Under the pieces are notes generated by a model. The model was not told the origin of the DNA. It made no database searches and saw only the letters and a list, made by a program, of their open reading frames with translations. DNA of 64,000 nt from contig JAUSJG010000007.1 of the NCBI GenBank assembly GCA_030647555.1, forward strand, positions 106,181-170,180, written 5' to 3'. The DNA comes from a bacterium. Its GTDB lineage: Bacteria; Patescibacteriota; Andersenbacteria; UBA10190; CAIZMI01. A program made the translations under genes and the position numbers. Of the stretch, positions 56,376 to 64,000 are shown in pieces; position 1 is the stretch's first letter, and each line of letters begins with the position of its first letter.

Positions 56376-58160
56376 TTATTCCTGCTTGTTAACCGTCTGA
56401 TATTTTTCCCAAAGCTCAACGAATTCGGGAGAGTCTTTCAGTAATTGCTCAAGTGTCCCCGACGCAATAATTTTTCCGTCTTTAAAGAAATAAATTTCCT
56501 CGAATAGACGTAACAAGTGCAACCGATGAATGGACGCTAAAATCGATTTCTTTTTAAACTTCGCGAAAATGTTTTGGAAAATAATCAGTTCGTTTTGCGT
56601 ATCAATCGAGCTTGTCGGTTCATCCAGTAAAACAATCGATTTATCGTCGCAGGCCATTAGTCCGCGCGCGAGAGCAAGCCGTTGTTTTTCCCCACCGCTC
56701 AAATTGACGCCCTTCTCAACAATATTGGAATCCAGTTTCTTGGGCAGACTCTCAATGACGTCGGAAATACAAGCCATATCGGTAAACTTTTTTATATAGG
56801 CCGGTTTATAGTTGATACCCATCGTAATATTTTCTCTAATCGTAGTGGAAAAAATTTCCGGATCTTGCGGAATCAACGCGATATCTTCGCTAATCGATTT
56901 AAATCCTTCTTTTAGCAACTTACCGTCAAGATAAAGCTGAATATCTTGCGGACTATATAATTCCCGAATAATTTTTAAGAAAGTTGTTTTTCCGCTCCCG
57001 CTTTCACCGATCAAAGCAATCCGCGCGCCGTTTTTTATCGTCATTGAAACATTATCCAAATGCAATTCCGCGCCGTGGTAAGGGTGATAAGAAAAACTCA
57101 ATCCGGAAATTTTCAACTCGCGCCAATTCGCTTTCAACTCGATTTGTTTCACGCGCTTTATGTCGCTGAAATCTTTGGCCAGTTCTTCCGCGTTCATCAC
57201 CGCCGATTTACGTTGCACAATAATGCCATACATAGAAGCAAAACGGAAAAAGATATCGCTGATGCGATCCACATAACCATACAACGCGTAAACCGTTCCC
57301 ACCAAAATCACCGTTCCCGCGTTGATGTTGGCAAGAAAATACGACCCCAAAACAAGGACCGTCATTAAACTACTGCACACCGACACAAAAAACCATTTTG
57401 TTTCATTAATCCTGTTGTTTCTCACCACCAGTTTAAACGGTGCCATAATTTTTTCGTAAATGGCGGACGACACTAATTTTTCAATCCGCAAAATTATTAC
57501 CGTTGTGATATTGCTGATTGAATCAAAAACTTTCTCGGAAATTTTGTTTTCCGCGGAATAAATTTCTTTGTATTGTTTCACCAGTACTTTATCAAATTGC
57601 GTGATGAGCGTGATGGTAAAAATAACAACAGCGAGCACAATAAAACCGGCATAGTAATTAAAATAGGATAATATAATACATGATGTGATTAAACGCACCG
57701 ACGCCTCAATTATTTCAAACGAATCCTCCGAAAAACGGAATAGCGAAGTCGTGCCTTTTTCCACCTTATCAATTGTGTCACCGGAATGATGATCAACGTG
57801 CCACTCAATCGGCAAAGCCATCACGCCGTCCAATAAATATTTTTTGTAATTGGCGCGCACCCAAAACGCGTTTTTTTGCTCGATTAAACGAGATGGACCG
57901 TGAAACGTCCAAAACACTAAACTGATTAGAAAGAAAATCCCTAAATATATCAACAACAAAGGCAAACTTTCATTTGTAACACCTCTGGCCTGAACCACGT
58001 TCAGTAATTTTGCCATTACTAACGGCCAAAGAGAACTAACACCATTGGCAACAATAGACAACAAAACATACAAGATGACTTTTTTTCGATTGCCTTCGGC
58101 ATATTTCCAAAGCCGAACGGCTAAAAACAAAATGGGGTTATTACTTAACTTCATTTTCAT
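56376..58160 (-). CDS. ABC transporter fused permease/ATP-binding protein
   Basis: N-terminal TMs, GESGSGKTT, LSGGEKQRLALARG, LLDEPTSSID, H-loop. Confidence 0.95.
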   Translation of the reverse strand: MKMKLSNNPILFLAVRLWKYAEGNRKKVILYVLLSIVANGVSSLWPLVMAKLLNVVQARGVTNESLPLLLIYLGIFFLISLVFWTFHGPSRLIEQKNAFWVRANYKKYLLDGVMALPIEWHVDHHSGDTIDKVEKGTTSLFRFSEDSFEIIEASVRLITSCIILSYFNYYAGFIVLAVVIFTITLITQFDKVLVKQYKEIYSAENKISEKVFDSISNITTVIILRIEKLVSSAIYEKIMAPFKLVVRNNRINETKWFFVSVCSSLMTVLVLGSYFLANINAGTVILVGTVYALYGYVDRISDIFFRFASMYGIIVQRKSAVMNAEELAKDFSDIKRVKQIELKANWRELKISGLSFSYHPYHGAELHLDNVSMTIKNGARIALIGESGSGKTTFLKIIRELYSPQDIQLYLDGKLLKEGFKSISEDIALIPQDPEIFSTTIRENITMGINYKPAYIKKFTDMACISDVIESLPKKLDSNIVEKGVNLSGGEKQRLALARGLMACDDKSIVLLDEPTSSIDTQNELIIFQNIFAKFKKKSILASIHRLHLLRLFEEIYFFKDGKIIASGTLEQLLKDSPEFVELWEKYQTVNKQE

Positions 58161-58195
58161 ATTTTAGCACAACGCTATATTTTTGCTTTTTGTTT

Positions 58196-58369
58196 CTAAC
58201 TAAAGTAGTTGGAAATTTTAAATCCCGCCCAAATACCGACAAAAGCACCAACACCGCTTAGCAAAATCGGCGTAAAAGAAAACATATCCGCGCCCCAAAG
58301 CGAAGGAATCAACCCGCCAATCGTGGATCCCACAAACATTCCACCCCAAATCAAAATTTTTGAATTCAC
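58196..58369 (-). CDS. Small Gly-rich two-TM protein
   Basis: TATAAT-6nt-GTG start; GMFVGSTIGG.IP.LWG. Confidence 0.7.
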   Translation of the reverse strand: MNSKILIWGGMFVGSTIGGLIPSLWGADMFSFTPILLSGVGAFVGIWAGFKISNYFS

Positions 58370-58413
58370 CTTGTTATTATACCCTATCGGCACAAGAAAA
58401 AACCGACACAATT

Positions 58414-58854
58414 TCATGTCGGCTCAACACCAGCCTGCGGAACCTCGACTTCATTTTCCAATTTCGCATCTTCAGTGACCACTCGAATGTCGATAATTGC
58501 CAGGGGGTCGGAATCACGGAAGAATTGCTGAATCGGGCCCGCGTAACCGAGAGTAACAGCAACTAAAGCACCAACCGGAAAATCCTTAAGCCGTTCGTCA
58601 TCCACTCCGACTGTGAGGATCGTTGCACCCCCCTGAAGATGACAGTTGTCTAAGGCCGACAGCTTCGATTGCGCACTTTGGTTAAAGACCTTAACATGCT
58701 CGGGATTAAGGCGGATTTCAATCATCCTCATTCGATTCTTAAATATCCACCAACTGGTCTCACGAACGGTGTGCGCCGTCACTGTCCCGCGCAGGACATA
58801 CAAACAACGCTGACCACCGCGAGGGTTGCAAGCTCGAAACATTGTGCCTGGCAT
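58414..58854 (-). CDS. Hypothetical orphan protein
   Basis: AAGGAG Shine-Dalgarno and upstream TTGACA. Confidence 0.65.
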   Translation of the reverse strand: MPGTMFRACNPRGGQRCLYVLRGTVTAHTVRETSWWIFKNRMRMIEIRLNPEHVKVFNQSAQSKLSALDNCHLQGGATILTVGVDDERLKDFPVGALVAVTLGYAGPIQQFFRDSDPLAIIDIRVVTEDAKLENEVEVPQAGVEPT

Positions 58855-59072
58855 GTTTCACTCCTTATTTCCAGAAAAAAATGAACATCAATCAGAACAG
58901 GGTATTGTTGAGCAAACATGAAATATTGTCAATGTTTTGTATACCACAAAATACCGTTGGCTCGTGATTAATTGTTGCCATATCTATTTTATTATTGTAC
59001 AAACTAATTGTTCATTTCTATTTACGGACGAAGCCTTACTACACAATCACCATTTTTCGCTAGGAACCAAAA

Positions 59073-59432
59073 ATGCTTTACGCCATCGTCTGCACGCAAG
59101 GCCACATGAATTCAAGAGAAGTCGAAAATGAGTGCGTCGCTCAAAAATGGGTTCCACTTGTCGTGTTTCGCAAAGAAGGCAAAACATTTATGCCCTTTTT
59201 TAAGGTTACAAAGTTTGCCCGCCGTTTCGCCAAAAGAAATTTACCTAAAGAGTGGCTCACTGGGGCCGTCAACCTTGGCGATGAAGACAGAGCAATCATT
59301 ACCGGCAAGGGCATCATCTGCACTGTCCTCGATTTTCCCGATAAACTGAAAGACGTTGCGGAATTTGACATTGAGATTCACGAATACCATCCCAACACCG
59401 AGGTAGAAATGGCGATAATGAAGCCTCCTTGA
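59073..59432 (+). CDS. Hypothetical protein
   Basis: AGGA before the ATG; terminator ACCGCC/GGCGGT-T7 downstream. Confidence 0.7.
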   Translation: MLYAIVCTQGHMNSREVENECVAQKWVPLVVFRKEGKTFMPFFKVTKFARRFAKRNLPKEWLTGAVNLGDEDRAIITGKGIICTVLDFPDKLKDVAEFDIEIHEYHPNTEVEMAIMKPP

Positions 59433-59562
59433 TTCATTCGTCCGAAATCAAGATCCCACCGCCAAATCAACAGGCGGTTTTTTTATCCAACAAGACCCTC
59501 TGTTAAGGACAAGGAACATTATCACATTTTGTCATTTTTAATACGGCGTATATACTGCAGGT

Positions 59563-60831
59563 ATGCATAAAAATATCTTTCGATCAAAAGTAAGTTTATT
59601 TGTCTTATTAGTCGTCGGTGCGATATTGGTATCGCAAGTATCAAAGAGCGTTAACGCACAAGGATCAGCATCCTCCAAAATTCCGGGACAATACATCGTT
59701 GTTTTAAGAGATAACACTCAAAATCCGCAAGACGTTGCGAATGAAATGGCTAAATCAAATAGCCTCACTGTTGGTAATGTTTACACTAGAGCGTTGAAAG
59801 GTTTTTCGGCCACTATACCGGCCGTACGGCTGGAAAACATTAAAAATGATTCTCGAGTGCAGTTTGTTTCAGAAGACCGAGAAGTTTCCGCTTTTGCTAA
59901 ACCAACACCGGTCGCAATCCCCCAAACTACGCCCACGGGTATCAGTCGTATCCAGGCGCCACTGACTGCCAACAAAGGTGCCGGTATCGGCATCGCCGTT
60001 TTGGATACAGGTATTGATCTAACGCATCCCGATCTTAAAGCAAATATTGTTGCCAATACAAGTTGCGTTCGAAGCAAACAAACTGGCAATGACGATAACG
60101 GACACGGGTCGCATGTGGCGGGCACTATCGCCGCGCTCGATAACGGAATCGGTGCAATTGGAGTAGCCCCGCAAGCGAAACTGGCGGCAGTTAAAGTGCT
60201 TAACTCGTCCGGTTCAGGAACTTGGTCTTCCGTTATTTGTGGAATCGATTGGGTTACAGCGAATGCCACGCAATACAATATAAAAGTAGCCAACATGAGT
60301 TTGGGGGGCGCTGGTACAAGCGATAATAATTGCGGAAATTCCAATAACGATGCTTTACATAAAGCGATCTGTAACTCTACTGCTGTGGGTGTAACATATG
60401 TTGTGGCCGCGGGTAATGATGGTGCGAATGCCAGTAATTCTGTACCAGCCTCTTATGATGATAGTGTTATCACTGTTTCCGCTTTAGCCGACTCTGATGG
60501 AAAATCAGGCGGACTTGGTTCAGCAACAAGCTATGGTGCCGATGATACATTTGCCAGCTTTAGTAATTTTGGCGACGTGGTTGATCTTGGCGCTCCCGGT
60601 GTCAATATCTTTTCCACTTGGAAAAGTGGCGGTTACAACACTATTAACGGCACAAGTATGGCTACACCGCATGTAGCGGGCGCGGCTGCGTTATACATAA
60701 ATTCTCATCCTGGATCAGTATGGTCGCAAGTACGCGATGGTTTGAAGGCGGTTGGCGAAAGCGTTGGCGCCGGGCACACCGATCCATCGGGATTACATCT
60801 TGAACAAGTAGTACAAGTAAACGCCCTCTAA
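59563..60831 (+). CDS. Secreted subtilisin-like S8 serine protease with I9 propeptide
   Basis: Signal peptide, YIV propeptide motif, VLDTGID, HGSHVAG, AAGN, GTSMATPHVAG. Confidence 0.96.
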   Translation: MHKNIFRSKVSLFVLLVVGAILVSQVSKSVNAQGSASSKIPGQYIVVLRDNTQNPQDVANEMAKSNSLTVGNVYTRALKGFSATIPAVRLENIKNDSRVQFVSEDREVSAFAKPTPVAIPQTTPTGISRIQAPLTANKGAGIGIAVLDTGIDLTHPDLKANIVANTSCVRSKQTGNDDNGHGSHVAGTIAALDNGIGAIGVAPQAKLAAVKVLNSSGSGTWSSVICGIDWVTANATQYNIKVANMSLGGAGTSDNNCGNSNNDALHKAICNSTAVGVTYVVAAGNDGANASNSVPASYDDSVITVSALADSDGKSGGLGSATSYGADDTFASFSNFGDVVDLGAPGVNIFSTWKSGGYNTINGTSMATPHVAGAAALYINSHPGSVWSQVRDGLKAVGESVGAGHTDPSGLHLEQVVQVNAL

Positions 60832-60846
60832 TACAGGATTCTAGAT

Positions 60847-60922
60847 AGGAAACGGACGTGTTTTGGGGGATAATTAACGCGAAAAAGACGGGTGAGCTGG
60901 TTTTGGGATAAAGATTTGTAAC
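60847..60922 (+). repeat. ~75-bp diverged direct repeat, copy 1
   Basis: AGGAAACGG..CGTGTTTTGG..GAAAAAGACGGGTG.GCTGGTTTT.GG..GATTTG.AAC, also at 63913-63991. Confidence 0.8.
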
Positions 60923-60980
60923 AAAGAAAAAACCCACGACCGTTTGTGGCGTGGGTTCGGTAGCGTGATGATGGTTGCGA

Positions 60981-61745
60981 TCAGTCCCAACAACGAGTGG
61001 CAATCCTTGCCATCTCATTCTTGTCGACGTCGAGACGCTTGATCAAACAAAATAGCGCGTGTAAATGCAGTTGCCACTTTCTTGTTTTGGTCTCTGCGGG
61101 GTTGCTGTGACTGCCCCACACTTCGTCCAGTTGCGGCGGATAATGAAAACCAGAAAACTTTTGCACCTCCGCGATAGACCGACCGCCCAACTCTTGCTCA
61201 ATCTGACGCACGCGCTGATCCAGAACTGCCCGATAAAGCGAGCCACCAATCTCCGTCATGATCTCGAACTCAAAGTCGTGTGCCTCGAATTCGTGCAAAT
61301 CATAATCGGCGAAGGGTGCGTTTTGTTCCGCATGCTTGAGAGCGTGAAACCCTTCGTGTGCAGTAATCATGCCACTTAGAAAAGTGGAACAATTGTGCAA
61401 ATCCCGCATGACAAGAAAACGGTTCGGATGAAAGTAAGACGCCAGTCCCTTGTCGTCTCTTAGTCCCAACGAACTAATGCAATTATCGGGAAGAACACTT
61501 AAATCGTCTGGATCAAACACGTAAACCCAAACGATCTTATTCGTAGTGTGATCACCACGAAATTTTTTTCGAAACGGTTGTTCGCCAGAGAATTTTCCGT
61601 CTAGCTTCGGAACAATGAGACGACAGTGTGCCTGCAGAAAATCGACCACCGCCCTCAACTGCCGATTATCGATTCGCGCATCGAGCGCCTCTACACTCTG
61701 CAGGTGCTTCTGGGCGATTTCAAAGCGCTTTTGATTGGTAAACAC
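60981..61745 (-). CDS. Hypothetical protein with HExxH zincin-like motif
   Basis: AHEGFHA followed by HEFEAH; TTGACA-17-TAGTAT promoter. Confidence 0.7.
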   Translation of the reverse strand: MFTNQKRFEIAQKHLQSVEALDARIDNRQLRAVVDFLQAHCRLIVPKLDGKFSGEQPFRKKFRGDHTTNKIVWVYVFDPDDLSVLPDNCISSLGLRDDKGLASYFHPNRFLVMRDLHNCSTFLSGMITAHEGFHALKHAEQNAPFADYDLHEFEAHDFEFEIMTEIGGSLYRAVLDQRVRQIEQELGGRSIAEVQKFSGFHYPPQLDEVWGSHSNPAETKTRKWQLHLHALFCLIKRLDVDKNEMARIATRCWD

Positions 61746-61943
61746 GGCAACCCCTTTCTAAAAAGGACTATCTGTGATTGTACATTCAAAAAACACGAAC
61801 CAAGGATACTACCATATATTTTAGTTGTTGTCAAACACCATAAATTGACAACTTCTACTTTCGATGTTAAATATTTTAAACTGGATGGATAATCTAACGT
61901 CGTTTGCAATCAAGCCTGTTTTTTCAAAATCAACGCAAGGAGA

Positions 61944-62795
61944 ATGAATATGGATTTCAGACGCAGAGAACAAAAAGCTTTGTTAAGAAAATTAATCGAA
62001 CAAGGCGTGTCGATTGAAAGCATCGAAATTCCCGGCAGGCCACCAAGAGCCATCAGAAAACAAGCACTAAGAATGAAGCTAATTCTGCCACAACGGAATC
62101 CTCCATTAACAGAGGCACAAAAAGAACAGCTAACTCAACTTCGCGCGGAAGGAGTTCACCCTGAAGCAATTGCGAGCTGTGAGTTGCTGGGCCATTCAAA
62201 CCGCTCAACAAATTCCATACGAAAACACTGTGGTAAATTGGGCCTAGCGCACAAGAATCGTTCGCGCGCCGCAAAAAAAAGAAAGATCTGGCAACCCGGT
62301 GAAAAAAAATGCTTTGACAACTACCTTATTCGACATTCCGCGACCCTTTCTTCCGACGAACTTGCGAAGGAATTCGACGTAACAAGAATGACCGTCGATA
62401 ACCGACAGAAACAACTTGGCGTGAAACCGACACTTACAGAAACCTTGGCATTGCCAGCCATAAAAAAGAAAATTGAAGCAATTTGTCGGCAACGAAGTAA
62501 AATGATGCTCAAGGCGTTTGAGACACACATAGTAAAAAAAGAAAAGGAACTCACAAGATTGGCGCAAAAAATGCACGAAGAAAAACGAGAGGAGTCACTA
62601 ATAGTGAAGTTTTGTCCAAAATGTAAAAGGTGGTGGCCAAAACAGCAAAAGTTTTTCTTTCATTCCACCTATAAAGTAGCGCAGAGCAACGGAACAGGCA
62701 CCAGTTGGCATTTCGTCGCGCCATGCAAACTTTGCGTGGCAAAAGAACGCCACCAAAAAAACGTGAGGAAGCACAAAGAAAAATACGGCGTCTAG
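61944..62795 (+). CDS. Basic multi-HTH-like protein with C-terminal CxxC..CxxC
   Basis: Repeated R....IR.....L.L helical units, CPKC and CKLC; AAGGAG Shine-Dalgarno. Confidence 0.75.
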   Translation: MNMDFRRREQKALLRKLIEQGVSIESIEIPGRPPRAIRKQALRMKLILPQRNPPLTEAQKEQLTQLRAEGVHPEAIASCELLGHSNRSTNSIRKHCGKLGLAHKNRSRAAKKRKIWQPGEKKCFDNYLIRHSATLSSDELAKEFDVTRMTVDNRQKQLGVKPTLTETLALPAIKKKIEAICRQRSKMMLKAFETHIVKKEKELTRLAQKMHEEKREESLIVKFCPKCKRWWPKQQKFFFHSTYKVAQSNGTGTSWHFVAPCKLCVAKERHQKNVRKHKEKYGV

Positions 62796-62880
62796 CGTTT
62801 TTCAAGAAACAGGAGGCAAGCGGTTCACCACGACCGCTTTTTTTATAAACCATTACCGTTATTTTAAGTGACTGATATTT

Positions 62881-63198
62881 TCAGACGACTACTTCTCGTC
62901 CATCTTTCTTAACTGCGTTTGCAACTGTACCAAAACGATCTTCCAAATCTTCAAGACGCATTGGAAATGGACTAATCGCAGGATTAATCGGCAAGGCGGC
63001 CATTCGCAAAGTAACCATTTCATCGATTCGGTCTTTGCCAAATTGTTTACTTACCACCGCCACATCGATATCGCTCCACTGATTTTGTTTTCCCCTTGCC
63101 CAAGAACCGTACAAAAACATTTTTTGTACTGGAATATTTTGTTGACGCAAAGACCGCGCATATTGCTCAAGTTGTTTTTTTATAATTTCGTCTATCAT
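62881..63198 (-). CDS. Minimal nucleotidyltransferase (MNT) domain protein
   Basis: LYGSWARG....WSDIDVAVVS. Confidence 0.9.
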   Translation of the reverse strand: MIDEIIKKQLEQYARSLRQQNIPVQKMFLYGSWARGKQNQWSDIDVAVVSKQFGKDRIDEMVTLRMAALPINPAISPFPMRLEDLEDRFGTVANAVKKDGREVVV

Positions 63199-63229
63199 AA
63201 TATTTGTCACATCTTTTCTCGTAAACAAC

Positions 63230-63817
63230 TTACTTTGTGGCCGAAAACTTTCGTTCATACTCCTTCAATATTTCCCGCTGATCACGATTTGATTCCTCGA
63301 CCGCCTGTCTTATTTTTTCACGCGAAACAATATTATTAAAATCGGTACCCCGATAGTACGCCAATTCATACGGTATTTCTTTTCTTAATTCCGTACCGAT
63401 ATATGGCGCTTCGGCGTGAGACAATTCTTCCAGCTGTTTACCGTTGAGATGACCGTATTTGATAACAATCCGATCAAGCATTTTCTTTTCTTCATCGTCA
63501 AAAACGGAGGAATCCGGTTCGACGAGACATTTATATACTTCGGTTGGATTGTATCCTTCTCGTTCTTCGATTTTTTCGACACCGAGCATTTTTTTCTTTA
63601 TCATTTCGTTGGTTATTTCTTCCAATGCCGAAGGCATCGGCCCCATGGGGAGAGCATGATAAACATCGCCCGTGATTGATTTCTGGGTTTTTTCATACAA
63701 ATCAAAATCCGCAAAATAAAACAATTTTGCTAATTTTTTCTTACCTCGTACCTCGCCTTTTAGCTTTCGGCATAAGTACAAAACGGCATTCTGATATTTT
63801 TTGCGGTGTATAGTCAT
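63230..63817 (-). CDS. Panacea (DUF4065/SocA-like) antitoxin domain protein
   Basis: KKLAKLFYFADF, ITG..Y.ALPMGP.P, L.ELSH.E.P. Confidence 0.88.
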   Translation of the reverse strand: MTIHRKKYQNAVLYLCRKLKGEVRGKKKLAKLFYFADFDLYEKTQKSITGDVYHALPMGPMPSALEEITNEMIKKKMLGVEKIEEREGYNPTEVYKCLVEPDSSVFDDEEKKMLDRIVIKYGHLNGKQLEELSHAEAPYIGTELRKEIPYELAYYRGTDFNNIVSREKIRQAVEESNRDQREILKEYERKFSATK

Positions 63818-63912
63818 TTCATTCACATAATACAATAAATAACTATGGAAAACAAGCTAAAATGTTACATGTTCAACGGAAAAAACGTCTATATCATGGA
63901 ATCGGATTGTTA

Positions 63913-63991
63913 AGGAAACGGGGGCGTGTTTTGGAAGATATTTAATGGGAAAAAGACGGGTGGGCTGGTTTTTGGCTAACTGATTTGGAAC
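63913..63991 (+). repeat. ~75-bp diverged direct repeat, copy 2
   Basis: See 60847-60922. Confidence 0.8.
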
Positions 63992-64000
63992 CAGGGATTT

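Noticed and set aside
63314-63329. parS-like 16-mer TTTTTCACGCGAAACA
   Set aside because: A single 14/16 match inside a CDS, more than 50 kb from parAB; it cannot be distinguished from chance.

Overview
The window looks like a Patescibacteria (CPR)-type chromosome segment. This is an inference from the homodimeric GlyRS, type-2 IleRS, absence of biosynthetic operons and a DUF11-like surface protein; standard code 11 is used. The core backbone is mfd, dprA-topA, parAB, tRNA-Leu(CAA), ugd, two NTP transferases, leuS, rarA, tatD, metG, an M16 peptidase, glyQS, tgt, recO, ileS, argS and smpB. About 15 orphan genes are interleaved, many as single-gene units with a consensus sigma70 promoter, Shine-Dalgarno and terminator. 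The most unusual content is non-coding. (1) A ~140-145 bp inverted-repeat element sits exactly on the ATGC start of three leaderless genes (ugd, glyQS, argS) and duplicates it. (2) Frame-preserving 30/33-bp hairpin micro-elements nest in each other, in REPs and inside ileS. (3) A four-helix-bundle gene is flanked by inverted heptamer arrays, with empty copies elsewhere. (4) Three promoter- and terminator-bounded structured RNA candidates lie at 39.2-39.7 kb, 42.8-43.0 kb and 43.1-43.3 kb. (5) There is also a RAYT with its own REP family, two MITE families and a tRNA 3'-end duplication. Protein oddities include a PRTase-SLOG fusion and a Tgt lacking its zinc ligands. No rRNA or CRISPR array was seen. 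All calls come from reading motifs by eye; no database search or folding program was run.
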